A DNA stretch of 56,194 nucleotides from an uncultured Bacilli bacterium (GCA_947630495.1 CANRHS010000002.1:1-56194), one strand, 5' to 3'; shown: positions 1 to 9,622, numbered from the stretch's first letter. Numbers and translations: made by a program. The notes: generated by a model from the sequence alone, not told the origin.

Positions 1-157
1 CGGTGACATATAATATAATAGTTTTGAGACAAAATCAAATACTAACACTTAAGACATTATCATATACTAATCAAAAAGAATTACTTTAATTAGTTATTAG
101 TACTTGAATTTTATTTTTAATTATGGTAGGATAGTAAGACGAATTGGAGGAAGTAAA

Positions 158-634
158 ATGAATTTTAAAATTACAAGAAATGAATATGGTTATTATGGAA
201 TTATAGATACAGATACTAATGAAATAATTTTACCTTATTTATTTGAACATGAAGAAGATTTAACTAGTATAGTTGAGATTGAAAAGGTGAGAGATGATTA
301 TTATATATTAACGTGTCAAGCTAAATGTATAAGTGTAAATGGTTATTATGACAAAAGGACTGGAGATATTTTATTACCTGATATTAATGGCTTAAAAACA
401 GTTAAGTATTATAAAACTAGACCTACTGAAACAAATAAGAAAGAAAATAAAGTTGAAAAGTCAGATATTCCATATTGTAAAAGAAGAACTAGTTTAGGGT
501 TTGCTTTAGAATTAAAATATAAACTTAAAGAAATAATGTCTCTTGATATAAGTGATACTGCAAAGAAAGATAAAGTAATTGAATTATTAACTAGTTATGA
601 ATTAATTACTGATGATAAAATAAAGAAATTATAA
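158..634 (+). CDS. hypothetical protein (N-terminal WG-repeat-like motif)
   Basis: ORF 104-634. The internal ATG at 158 follows GGAGG (146-150). YGYYGIIDTDTNEIILPYLFE resembles WG/KWG beta-repeat motifs. No other recognisable domain. Confidence 0.5.
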   Translation: MNFKITRNEYGYYGIIDTDTNEIILPYLFEHEEDLTSIVEIEKVRDDYYILTCQAKCISVNGYYDKRTGDILLPDINGLKTVKYYKTRPTETNKKENKVEKSDIPYCKRRTSLGFALELKYKLKEIMSLDISDTAKKDKVIELLTSYELITDDKIKKL

Positions 635-655
635 AAACGAGCCTAAACTCGTTTT
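633..655. terminator. bidirectional hairpin between convergent genes
   Basis: aaaacgag-cctaaa-ctcgtttt stem-loop with flanking A/T runs, between the stop codons of two convergent ORFs. Confidence 0.5.
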
Positions 656-1535
656 ATTTATGGTAACTTTTATTATTAATTCCTGGAATTCTAGGTAAAT
701 CATTTTCAAAATATTCATATTTTAAATTTAAAAAATTACTTCTTAATTCTTCAATACTAATTTCTTTTAATTCAGAGTTATCAAATATATAATAATCTGT
801 TTCATCTTCTTCATTTTCAAAATCATAATTATTTAAAGATATAACAATAATTGGTTTTAATAATTCATTATCTCTTACTAAAGAGAATCTTATATTAGAA
901 GACTTTTCATCATAACTAAATAAATTATCTCTTAATAATAATAAATAAGATATACCATCAATTACTGCTAGGTTTCTTTCTTTTACTTTATTAATAATAA
1001 ATTTTATTTTTTCATAAATATTTAGATTATCTAGATTAACTATTTCTTTTTTTACTTTATAAAGTCTATTAAGAATTTCTCTAAATTCATCTTCTTTATT
1101 TAAAGGAGTTAATCCTTTTAAAGGATAATTAAGTTTAACATTAGTTAAGTCTCCCATTAAAATAGAAGAAACGGAATCAGCTTTAACTTTAAAACCATCT
1201 ATTTCAAAGACTAAGTTAGCATGACCTTTCGTATATTTATCTTTGGAATAATCTTGAATTCTATATCGAGCCTTAAGTAAATCTAAGAAATAAGCATAGA
1301 TATAATTAAATTCATAACAAACAATTTTATTATTTATAACATTAATCTTTTTAAGATTATTAATATCTTCATGATATTTTGCAATATTACCTTGACCATT
1401 CATAATATAGAATAAATCATCATAAGTTAATATTCTTGCAAGCATTATATAAATAAGAATAGCTTTTTCTAATTTCGTTAAATTACTAGGTAAATTATTT
1501 AATATAATACTTTCTAACTCCTTATTTAGTTCCAT
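654..1535 (-). CDS. hypothetical protein, possible transglutaminase-like Cys-His-Asp fold
   Basis: 293-aa ORF. Ordered Cys (IVCYEF), His (GHANLVFEIDG) and Asp (KADS) resemble a transglutaminase-like core. Weak, motif-level only. Confidence 0.5.
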   Translation of the reverse strand: MELNKELESIILNNLPSNLTKLEKAILIYIMLARILTYDDLFYIMNGQGNIAKYHEDINNLKKINVINNKIVCYEFNYIYAYFLDLLKARYRIQDYSKDKYTKGHANLVFEIDGFKVKADSVSSILMGDLTNVKLNYPLKGLTPLNKEDEFREILNRLYKVKKEIVNLDNLNIYEKIKFIINKVKERNLAVIDGISYLLLLRDNLFSYDEKSSNIRFSLVRDNELLKPIIVISLNNYDFENEEDETDYYIFDNSELKEISIEELRSNFLNLKYEYFENDLPRIPGINNKSYHK

Positions 1536-1578
1536 AGAACCCCCTTGAACTTGCTATATTATAATCTATTTGATGAGA

Positions 1579-2034
1579 TTAGTCAATCTTAACTTTAATC
1601 TTTGCGTTACAAAGAAAATCAATTGAAACATGAAAATTAATAGCATAATTATAAAGAACATCAATTGGAATATGGCATCTTGCTTTTTCATATTTATTAA
1701 TAACGGCTTGACTTAGATAAAGAATATTGGCAACATCTTGTTCAGTATATCCCTTTTTAATCCTTATTGCTCTTAACTTTTGACTAAGAATTTTATAATC
1801 AAAATCTTGATGGGTATAAGTATCTTTCTTTTTATCATCAGAATTATTTAGCATATAATCTAAACTACAATTATAATAATCTGCAAGAGTGCAAAGAGCA
1901 GGAATAGGGAACATATTATAGCCTAATTCCCATAAAGAATAAGTACTCCTTGAAACTTTAAGTAACTTAGCAATTTCTTCTTGAGTTTTATCTTTATCTT
2001 CTCTTAAATCTCTTATTCGCTTGATACTAAACAT
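1579..2034 (-). CDS. XRE-family transcriptional regulator with two HTH domains
   Basis: Two HTH_3-like units (TQEEIAKLLKVSRSTYSLWELG and TEQDVANILYLSQAVINKYEKA). The ATG at 2034 follows a GGTGG RBS. Paralog of the next gene. Confidence 0.8.
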   Translation of the reverse strand: MFSIKRIRDLREDKDKTQEEIAKLLKVSRSTYSLWELGYNMFPIPALCTLADYYNCSLDYMLNNSDDKKKDTYTHQDFDYKILSQKLRAIRIKKGYTEQDVANILYLSQAVINKYEKARCHIPIDVLYNYAINFHVSIDFLCNAKIKVKID

Positions 2035-2113
2035 ATTTACCACCACTTTAATTTTAAAGTCAATATTAAAATAATAGTATATATGCTATGTAAAGTTATA
2101 AAAAATGCTATTA

Positions 2114-2572
2114 TTAGTTATTTAATTTAACTTTTTCTTTTGTTTTTCCACATAAATCATTAATGGAAATCTTAAAATATTTAGCAAATTCATAAATATT
2201 AGTTATTGATATTTCAATTAACCCTTTTTCATATTTTGTAATACAAGCTTGACTTATATTAAGTAACGATGCAATATTTTCTTGAGATAATTTATTACTA
2301 AGTCTAATCTTTTTAAGATTACTTCCAACTATTTTAAAATCAATTCCTTCAATAAGTTCATAAGAACGTTTTTGATTAGAAAGTCCTAAAACATAATCAA
2401 GACTACATTTAAAATAATCTGCAAATACTGAAAGTTTACTAAGAGGAATTATATTAATACCCAATTCCCACAAGGAATAAGTACTTCTTTTAACGCCTAA
2501 AATATCCGCCATTTCACTTTGAGTTAAATCATGGTCTTCCCTTAGGTCTTTTAGTCTTTTAAAATCTAACAT
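2114..2572 (-). CDS. XRE-family transcriptional regulator with two HTH domains
   Basis: Same architecture as 1579-2034 (TQSEMADILGVKRSTYSLWELG and SQENIASLLNISQACITKYEKG). The ATG at 2572 follows a GGTGG RBS. Confidence 0.8.
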   Translation of the reverse strand: MLDFKRLKDLREDHDLTQSEMADILGVKRSTYSLWELGINIIPLSKLSVFADYFKCSLDYVLGLSNQKRSYELIEGIDFKIVGSNLKKIRLSNKLSQENIASLLNISQACITKYEKGLIEISITNIYEFAKYFKISINDLCGKTKEKVKLNN

Positions 2573-2687
2573 TATATTTACCACCAAAATAATTTTCGCA
2601 CTTCGAAAGAATTTTTCTATAATTTGCTATTTTTAGTTATTATTTTTGCTATTTTATGTTATAATAACCTATAAGTTGAGGTATGTC

Positions 2688-2966
2688 ATGGAAGCAGTAA
2701 ATAAAAAAATAGATAAATTAGTTTTAGAGTATGAAATATCAGAATCTAAAAAAGAAATTGAATTTTTAGAATTATCGTTAAAATTAGCTAAATTAGAATT
2801 ATCTATTTTAGAACTTAGTAAACCAAGTAGGTTTCAAGTTAAGAAATTAAAGTTATATCAAGAAAAACAAAAAGAAGTAGAAACAAAGATTAATAATTAT
2901 CGTGAAAGTATAAATAAGGAACTTAGTAATCTAGGTAAATATTTAGACAAAAAAACTGTTAATTAG
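2688..2966 (+). CDS. small coiled-coil hypothetical protein
   Basis: ORF divergent from the XRE pair. ATG 2688 lies after a ttgcta...tataat promoter-like sequence. Heptad-rich K/E/L sequence. Confidence 0.45.
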   Translation: MEAVNKKIDKLVLEYEISESKKEIEFLELSLKLAKLELSILELSKPSRFQVKKLKLYQEKQKEVETKINNYRESINKELSNLGKYLDKKTVN

Positions 2967-4089
2967 CTTTAACTTCATCAACAGTTTTTATAATAAAATC
3001 GTTTATTTCTTCTAATTTAGTTTCAATATCTTGTAATAATAAGTATTGATTTAAGAACCTATCTCGGTTATGTGTTGCATATTTAATCTTGAAGTAGGTA
3101 TCTCCATTTATATAATCAGTTAGGAATCGAAGTGCAAGTTCATAAGTTAAAATTTTAATCGATAATCCGAGACAATTTATTTCATCTGTTGTTAGATGAA
3201 TAGCCATTTCTTCTAAGTAACCTTTTAAATAAGATTCAGTTAAATCAAGGTTTAAGAAGATTTTGTCTTTTTCGGTTTCATCTTCAAATGAGTTACTACA
3301 AGCAGATCTTATTCCATCTCCAACATCAAATAAACTAGAGCCTGGCATAACGGTATCAAGGTCAATGATAGCAATTCCAACTCCCGTTTCTTCATCCATT
3401 AAAATATTATTTAATTTCGTATCATTATGAGTAACTCTAATAGGAATAGTTTTACCTAAAGCTTCAATTATAACAGAACATTCTTTAATTTTGGAAATTA
3501 AATTAACTATTTCACTTGGAAACTCAAAGGCTCTATTTGTAACTTTATTTTCAATACTTAAAAGTAAATCATCAAATCTTTTTTTAGTATTATGGAAATC
3601 TTTAATTGTTTCACCTAACATATTAGCAGGGAAGTCAATCAAAGTCTTTTGAAAGAAACCAAAACTTTTTCCAGCTTGATAGGCAAGTTCAACCGCATTA
3701 TCAGAATCTTTAAAACTATCATAAGAAAAACAATTTTCTATATAGTCAAATGCTCGATAGTATTCCTTTTCACCCTCAGAGTTTGTATAAGTATACAAGT
3801 TTTCATTATTTAAAGTTTTAATAATATTTAAAGTTTGATGAGTAGTATCATTACTTTTCTTTAATTTCTTTTTAATATGATTAGTAACTAATTCAATATT
3901 TTTCATAACTAAATAAGGCTCCTGAAAAACATTAGAATTTATTTTTTGTAATAAATATTTTTTTTCTGAACCATTTTGATAAGTTAAAATATAACTTTTA
4001 TTAATATTTCCTTGATTATTCTCTTCAATATTAGTTAATTCTCCTATAAACTTAAACTTACTTGCAATTGTTTTAATTTTTTCATTCAT
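2959..4089 (-). CDS. APH-fold phosphotransferase (possibly N-acetylhexosamine-1-kinase-like)
   Basis: Kinase catalytic loop HNDTKLNNILMD (HxDxxxxN) and IDLDTVMPG (DxD) in a 376-aa protein. The subfamily assignment is tentative. Confidence 0.7.
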   Translation of the reverse strand: MNEKIKTIASKFKFIGELTNIEENNQGNINKSYILTYQNGSEKKYLLQKINSNVFQEPYLVMKNIELVTNHIKKKLKKSNDTTHQTLNIIKTLNNENLYTYTNSEGEKEYYRAFDYIENCFSYDSFKDSDNAVELAYQAGKSFGFFQKTLIDFPANMLGETIKDFHNTKKRFDDLLLSIENKVTNRAFEFPSEIVNLISKIKECSVIIEALGKTIPIRVTHNDTKLNNILMDEETGVGIAIIDLDTVMPGSSLFDVGDGIRSACSNSFEDETEKDKIFLNLDLTESYLKGYLEEMAIHLTTDEINCLGLSIKILTYELALRFLTDYINGDTYFKIKYATHNRDRFLNQYLLLQDIETKLEEINDFIIKTVDEVKAN

Positions 4090-4192
4090 TTAAATCACCT
4101 ACTTAATTATAAGTAATTTTTTCGAATTTAGCAAGTTTTTTGTCAAAATTTAACAAAAGTATGTTATAATTAACTAGTACTTGCTCGTGTGG

Positions 4193-4276
4193 CGGAACTG
4201 GTAGACGCGCACGACTCAAAATCGTGTATCTTTGATGTAAGGGTTCGATTCCCTTCACGAGCACCAAATTGAAATT
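4193..4276 (+). tRNA. tRNA-Leu (anticodon CAA), CCA encoded
   Basis: Acceptor stem GCTCGTG/CACGAGC, anticodon loop CTCAAAA, long variable arm, GGTTCGATTCC T-arm, 3' ACCA. Promoter ttgtca...tataat lies just upstream. Confidence 0.93.
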
Positions 4277-4316
4277 ACTCAAGTTAAATGCTTGAGTTTT
4301 AATATATGGAGTCATT

Positions 4317-4808
4317 ATGGATGCAATAATTAGAAAAAGAGAATTAAAAGATTCAGAAGAACTTGCTCATAATATTGCAGTAGTTTGGAATACTACTTAT
4401 CATAAAATAGTAGATGAAGATTTTTTAAAAAGCTTATTTGATAATGAAAAAGATGCAAGTGAAAGATTAAAAAATAATTTAAATGAACAGCCCTTTTATT
4501 ATGTTTTAACTTTACAAGATAAAATAATTGGTTGGATTTATTTTGATTTAACTAGTAACTTAGAAGATGCTGCAGAAATTCATGCTTTATATGTTTTAAA
4601 AGAATATCAAGGAAATGGTTATGGTAAACTATTATATAATTTCGCTCTTAAAGAAATAAAGAAACATAAAATTAAAAAGTTAGTAATAGGTTGTTTAGAA
4701 GGTAATCCTGCAAATAATTTTTATCAACATCTTGGTGGAAAAAAGATTGGTAATAATTTATTTAGGGGAAAATATTTAGAAAATATATATTTATTTGATA
4801 TAAAATAA
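4317..4808 (+). CDS. GNAT family N-acetyltransferase
   Basis: Acetyl-CoA motif A YQGNGYGKLLY and typical GNAT length (163 aa). Confidence 0.85.
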   Translation: MDAIIRKRELKDSEELAHNIAVVWNTTYHKIVDEDFLKSLFDNEKDASERLKNNLNEQPFYYVLTLQDKIIGWIYFDLTSNLEDAAEIHALYVLKEYQGNGYGKLLYNFALKEIKKHKIKKLVIGCLEGNPANNFYQHLGGKKIGNNLFRGKYLENIYLFDIK

Positions 4809-4826
4809 TTTATTGCTATAGAATAG

Positions 4827-4855
4827 TTGACAACATATAAGTGATATAGTACAAT
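4827..4855 (+). promoter_or_regulatory. sigma-A type promoter
   Basis: TTGACA (4827-4832), 17-nt spacer, TACAAT (4850-4855). Confidence 0.55.
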
Positions 4856-4860
4856 TATAA

Positions 4861-4977
4861 TACAATGAATGAAAGGGTGTAAATTTTCTTCTTGCACTAA
4901 CGCTTATTTAATATAAGTCAGAGTAGATATATTCGAAAGTATACATGTAGAACCGGGAGACTACTTCATTCATTGTA
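4861..4977 (+). ncRNA. structured 5' leader / candidate riboswitch (class unassigned)
   Basis: A perfect 13-bp closing helix, tacaatgaatgaa (4861-4873) with ttcattcattgta (4965-4977), starts at the predicted TSS and encloses about 90 nt with GC-enriched patches (agggtg, gaaccgggagac). The RBS GGAGG and ATG 5004 follow. Confidence 0.35.
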
Positions 4978-5003
4978 TTTACATAATATGTGGAGGTGTT
5001 GTT

Positions 5004-5216
5004 ATGATAATGAACGAAAAAAAATTTATTGATTCAGAAAAAGAATGTGCAAGTATGCTTGGAATGTCTTTGACTGAATATCAAGAATATCGTAATAACC
5101 TAAAATTTGAACCTAGTAAAGAAATCAAAGAAATTGAAAAAGAAAATAGAACATTAGAATTATTAAATTTTTTAGGAATAGATAAAACTAAATTAAAATG
5201 TATAAATAATGATTAA
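5004..5216 (+). CDS. small hypothetical protein
   Basis: 70-aa ORF with a GGAGG RBS, downstream of the structured leader. Confidence 0.45.
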   Translation: MIMNEKKFIDSEKECASMLGMSLTEYQEYRNNLKFEPSKEIKEIEKENRTLELLNFLGIDKTKLKCINND

Positions 5217-5408
5217 TATGATTAAAATAAGTCCAAAAAGGGGTATTGCTTTTTAATATTAAAAGGTGTATAATTCTTGAATATGTAGAAAGACTTATTT
5301 TTTTTGACTTCAAGAGTTACTTTTTAAATAAAATAGAGTATATTATATATTGAATGCCTAGGAAACTTTTGAAGACTTAGGTCTTTTCTATTAGAAGGGA
5401 ATGATTTA

Positions 5409-7169
5409 ATGTTAAAATTATTTAAAAATTTAGAGAAAAAAGATTATATATTTGCTTTATTTGCATTTTTGTTAATTGCTTCTCAAGTATGGTTAGAATT
5501 AAAAATGCCGGATTATATGTCTGAGATTACTAAACTAGTTCAAACTGAGGGTAGTAAAATGGGGGATATCCTTATAAATGGAGGATATATGTTGCTATGT
5601 GCTCTTGCTTCTTTAGTATGTGCAATTATAACCGGTTATTTAATTTCAAATGTTGCAGCTAGATTTTCTAAGAATGTTCGAAAGAAACTCTTTAATAAAG
5701 TTATGGATTTATCAATGGCTGAAGTTAAAGAATTTTCAACTAGTAGTTTAATTACTAGAACAACTAATGATATAACCCAGGTTCAAATGTTTATCGCGAT
5801 GGGGTTACAGATGTTAGTTAAAGCTCCCCTTACGGCAATTTGGGCAGTTACCAAAATCTTGAATAAAAGTTGGCAATGGAGCGTTTTAACAGCCGTTGCC
5901 GTTGTTATTCTGTTATCAACCGTTGGAGCAATTATGATAATTGTTATGCCAAGATTTAAAATAGTTCAAAAATTAATTGATAGAGTTAACAATGTAACAA
6001 GAGAAAACTTAACCGGTATTCGAGTTATTAGAGCCTTTAATGCTTCCGAGTATCAAGAAAATAAATTTGAAGATGTTAATACAAAACTTACTAATACTCA
6101 AATGTTTAATCAAAAGACATTTGCTGTTATGCAACCAGTTATGTATTTAGTTATGTATTTTTTAACCTTAGCTATTTATATAATTGGAATATATTTAATT
6201 AAGAATAGTGTAATGGCTTCAAAGATTAGTATTTTTGGAGATATGGTTGTATTTTCATCTTATTCAATGCAAGTTATCATGTCATTCTTAATGCTTGCTA
6301 TGATATTCATGATTTTACCTCGGGCTAACGTTTCAGCAATTCGTATCAATGAAGTTTTAGATACTAAGATAAGTATTAAAAATGGTAAGTTAAAAAGTAC
6401 CAAAACCGGAGAAGTTGGAACCGTTGAATTTAGAAATGTTAGTTTTAAATATCCTGATGCTGAAGAATATTTATTAAAAGATATATCCTTTAAAGTTAAA
6501 AAAGGAGAAACTGTTGCCTTTATAGGTTCAACCGGAAGTGGAAAATCAACTTTAATTAATTTAATTCCAAGATTTTATGATGCAACGGATGGGGAAGTTT
6601 TAGTAGATGGTATCAATGTTAAAGATTATGATTTAGAATATCTTTATAATAAACTTGGTTATGTCTCTCAAAAGGCAGTTATGTTTAATAATACAGTTGA
6701 GGGTAATATTAAATATGGTGATAATGGTAAAGAAAAAAGTGATGAACTTGTTAAGAAAGCCTTAGAAGTAGCTCAAGCAGAAGAATTTGTATCTAAGATG
6801 GATATGAAAGAAAACTCTATGATTGCTCAAGGAGGAACTAATATTTCAGGAGGTCAAAAGCAAAGATTATCTATTGCAAGAGCAATCGCTAGAGAACCCG
6901 AAATTTATATATTCGATGATTCCTTCTCAGCCCTTGACTATAAAACCGATTCCAAATTAAGACATGAATTAAAAGAATACACGAAAGATGCTACTACTTT
7001 AATTGTTGCCCAAAGAATTGGAACTATCATGAATGCCGATAAAATAATCGTGTTAGATAAAGGAAAATGTGTTGGAGTAGGAACCCATAAAGAACTTCTT
7101 AAAAATTGTGAAGTTTATAAACAAATTGCCCTATCTCAACTATCAAAGGAGGAGTTAGAAAATGCCTAG
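5409..7169 (+). CDS. ABC exporter permease/ATPase, degenerate-site subunit of a heterodimer
   Basis: Six-TM region plus NBD. Walker A GSTGSGKST, signature ISGGQKQ, Walker B IYIFDD followed by S. The catalytic Glu is replaced by Asp, as in LmrC/TM287-type subunits. Confidence 0.92.
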   Translation: MLKLFKNLEKKDYIFALFAFLLIASQVWLELKMPDYMSEITKLVQTEGSKMGDILINGGYMLLCALASLVCAIITGYLISNVAARFSKNVRKKLFNKVMDLSMAEVKEFSTSSLITRTTNDITQVQMFIAMGLQMLVKAPLTAIWAVTKILNKSWQWSVLTAVAVVILLSTVGAIMIIVMPRFKIVQKLIDRVNNVTRENLTGIRVIRAFNASEYQENKFEDVNTKLTNTQMFNQKTFAVMQPVMYLVMYFLTLAIYIIGIYLIKNSVMASKISIFGDMVVFSSYSMQVIMSFLMLAMIFMILPRANVSAIRINEVLDTKISIKNGKLKSTKTGEVGTVEFRNVSFKYPDAEEYLLKDISFKVKKGETVAFIGSTGSGKSTLINLIPRFYDATDGEVLVDGINVKDYDLEYLYNKLGYVSQKAVMFNNTVEGNIKYGDNGKEKSDELVKKALEVAQAEEFVSKMDMKENSMIAQGGTNISGGQKQRLSIARAIAREPEIYIFDDSFSALDYKTDSKLRHELKEYTKDATTLIVAQRIGTIMNADKIIVLDKGKCVGVGTHKELLKNCEVYKQIALSQLSKEELENA

Positions 7170-9468
7170 ACCTAGAAAAATTGAAAAAGCTAAAAATTTT
7201 AAAGGTTCAATTAAAAGATTATTTAAAGAATTAAGTCCATTTAGAGTTTTAATTATCATTGGCTTAATCTTAGCAGCCTTAGGTTCTGTTCTTTCCATTA
7301 TGGCTCCATCAAGATTATCCGATTTAGTTGATAAGATATCGGAAGGATTAGTTGTTAATACTAAGAACTTAGAAACAATTACTAAAAATGTTCAAGGAAG
7401 TTTAAGTGAAGATAAATTAAAAGAAAGTATGCCTCTTATTCTAAATATTAAATTAGATGAGGCTAAAGTTTTAGAAGTTATGACAAGTAATGTGTCAAAT
7501 GAAGAAAAACAAGAATTTCAAACCTTTCTAACTTCTATTAATCCTACTAATCAAGAAGAGATGCTTACTAAATTAAAAGAATTACCCTTAAGTATTTTAA
7601 AGATAATCATGCCTGATTCTACTTATAAAGGAGTAACAATTACAACTTCTGATAAGTTAGAATTACTTAAATTAGATAAAGATAATTTAAAAAATATTAA
7701 TATTCCAGATAGCATTGCTAAAGTAATGTTTACGGAATTTAAAATAGATAAGCAAGTAATAACGGAGCTTGATCAAGCTAAATTTCTTAAAATAATTAGT
7801 ACTTTAGATAAAGATAGTGAAGCAAGCGAGTTATATTCTAAGATAGATACAATGCCAACTAGTATTAGAAAATCTGTTGAACCAGTTTTTGACATTGAAG
7901 GCATAAAAAGAATAGTTATTTTCTTAGTAGCTTTATATTTAGTATCTGCTTTATTTACTTATATTGAATCTATTTCGATGACCATTGTTGCTAATAAATT
8001 TGCAAAAAATCTTCGAAGTAGAATTTCTACCAAGATAAATAAATTACCACTTAAATATTTTGATAAAAATCAAACGGGAGATATCCTTTCAAGAGTTACT
8101 AATGATGTTGATACAATTGCTCAAAGTATGAACCAATCTTTTTCTACTTTAGTAAGTGCTATAACTTTATTTATTGGAACAATTATCATGATGTTTGTAA
8201 CGAACTTTACAATGGCAATAACGGCTATTTTAGCAAGTTTAATTGGATTTATCTTTATGTTTAAAATATTGAGTAAATCTCAAAAGTACTTTGTTTTAAG
8301 ACAAAAGTATTTAGGTGAGATTAATGCTCATATTGAAGAAATTTATTCGGGACTTAATGTTGTTAAAGCTTATAATGGTAAAAATGAAGCCAATCTTGAA
8401 TTTGATACTTTAAATGAACAAGTTTATAACGCGAACAGAAAGAGTCAATTCTTATCAGGCTTAATGCCACCGATGATGAACTTTATTGGTAATTTTGGCT
8501 ATGTTGCTGTTTGTATAGTTGGAGCCTTATTAACGATGAATGGTACTATTAAATTTGGAGTAATTGTTGCCTTCATGACTTATGTAAGATTATTTACATC
8601 CCCTTTATCTCAAATAGGACAAGCCATGACCTTCCTTCAAACAACTGCGGCTGCCAGTGAAAGAGTCTTCGAGTTTGTTGATGCCGAAGAAATGCCAAGT
8701 GAAGAAAATTTAACAAAAGTTTTAGATAAAAGTAAAGTTAAAGGTGATATCGAGTTTTCCAATGTTGAATTTACTTATGATGGAAATAAAACTCCAACGA
8801 TTAAAAACTTCAGTGCGAAAGTTAAATCTGGAGAAAAAATTGCTATTGTAGGTCCAACTGGAGCTGGTAAAACCACGATGGTTAACTTACTCATGAAATT
8901 TTATGATATTAATAAAGGAGATATAAAAATAGATGGCGTCTCAACTAAAGATTTAACCAGAGAAAATATTCATAGTTTATTTACAATGGTCCTTCAAGAT
9001 ACTTGGTTATTCGATGGAACAGTTAAAGAAAACATTATTTATAATAGGGAAGGAGTATCTTTAGAAAGAGTTAAAGAAGTCTGTGAAGTTGTAGGATTAG
9101 ACCATTTCATTAAAACTTTACCTCACGGGTATGATTCAAAAATAAGTGAAAGTGATAATGTTTCAGCCGGACAACGTCAGTTATTAACAATTGCTCGAGG
9201 AATGCTTGAAGACTCACCTTTCTTAATTCTTGATGAAGCAACTAGTAATGTTGATACCAGAACTGAAGAGTTAGTTCAAAGTGCTATGGATAAATTAACT
9301 GAAGGTAGAACCTCATTTATAATTGCCCATCGTTTATCAACAATTAAAAATGCTGATTTAATCTTAGTAATGAAAGATGGTAACATTATAGAACAAGGTA
9401 CTCATGATGAATTAATGAATAAAAAAGGCTTCTATGCTGACCTATATAATTCTCAATTTGAATTATAA
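7162..9468 (+). CDS. ABC exporter permease/ATPase, consensus-site subunit, with large TM1-TM2 insertion
   Basis: Overlaps the upstream gene by 8 nt. Walker A GPTGAGKTT, deviant signature VSAGQRQ, Walker B FLILDEATS. An extra segment of about 200 aa lies between the first two TM helices. Confidence 0.92.
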   Translation: MPRPRKIEKAKNFKGSIKRLFKELSPFRVLIIIGLILAALGSVLSIMAPSRLSDLVDKISEGLVVNTKNLETITKNVQGSLSEDKLKESMPLILNIKLDEAKVLEVMTSNVSNEEKQEFQTFLTSINPTNQEEMLTKLKELPLSILKIIMPDSTYKGVTITTSDKLELLKLDKDNLKNINIPDSIAKVMFTEFKIDKQVITELDQAKFLKIISTLDKDSEASELYSKIDTMPTSIRKSVEPVFDIEGIKRIVIFLVALYLVSALFTYIESISMTIVANKFAKNLRSRISTKINKLPLKYFDKNQTGDILSRVTNDVDTIAQSMNQSFSTLVSAITLFIGTIIMMFVTNFTMAITAILASLIGFIFMFKILSKSQKYFVLRQKYLGEINAHIEEIYSGLNVVKAYNGKNEANLEFDTLNEQVYNANRKSQFLSGLMPPMMNFIGNFGYVAVCIVGALLTMNGTIKFGVIVAFMTYVRLFTSPLSQIGQAMTFLQTTAAASERVFEFVDAEEMPSEENLTKVLDKSKVKGDIEFSNVEFTYDGNKTPTIKNFSAKVKSGEKIAIVGPTGAGKTTMVNLLMKFYDINKGDIKIDGVSTKDLTRENIHSLFTMVLQDTWLFDGTVKENIIYNREGVSLERVKEVCEVVGLDHFIKTLPHGYDSKISESDNVSAGQRQLLTIARGMLEDSPFLILDEATSNVDTRTEELVQSAMDKLTEGRTSFIIAHRLSTIKNADLILVMKDGNIIEQGTHDELMNKKGFYADLYNSQFEL

Positions 9469-9483
9469 TTTATAATAGTTAAT

Positions 9484-9522
9484 AGAAATCTATAATCAAA
9501 TATTAATATAGATTTCTTTTTG
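9484..9522 (+). terminator. intrinsic terminator after the ABC pair
   Basis: 11-bp stem agaaatctata/tatagatttct with a 12-nt loop, followed by a T-run. Confidence 0.75.
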
Positions 9523-9539
9523 TTATTGGTAAAAAGTTG

Positions 9540-9594
9540 TTGTATTTTTTAATTTTATCATATATAATAAGGTTGCAAATTATTAAATAATTTG
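9540..9594 (+). promoter_or_regulatory. promoter of the TIR operon plus 19-bp perfect palindrome
   Basis: TTGTAT (9540-9545), 17-nt spacer, TATAAT (9563-9568). CAAATTATT-A-AATAATTTG (9576-9594) lies immediately downstream, at about +1 to +20. Confidence 0.45.
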
Positions 9595-9622
9595 AATATA
9601 TTTATTGAAGAGGTAGTAGTTT

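Noticed and set aside
4103-4315. 70-aa minus-strand ORF
   Set aside because: It completely overlaps the tRNA-Leu gene and its promoter, so it is spurious.
4861-4977. Assignment of the leader to a specific riboswitch class (ykkC/guanidine-I, THF, cobalamin, FMN fragments)
   Set aside because: Only short motif resemblances (CCGGGAGA, AGAGUAGAU..UUCG, GGGUG.AAAUU) in the wrong order or context. This needs a covariance-model search, so I kept it as an unclassified structured leader.
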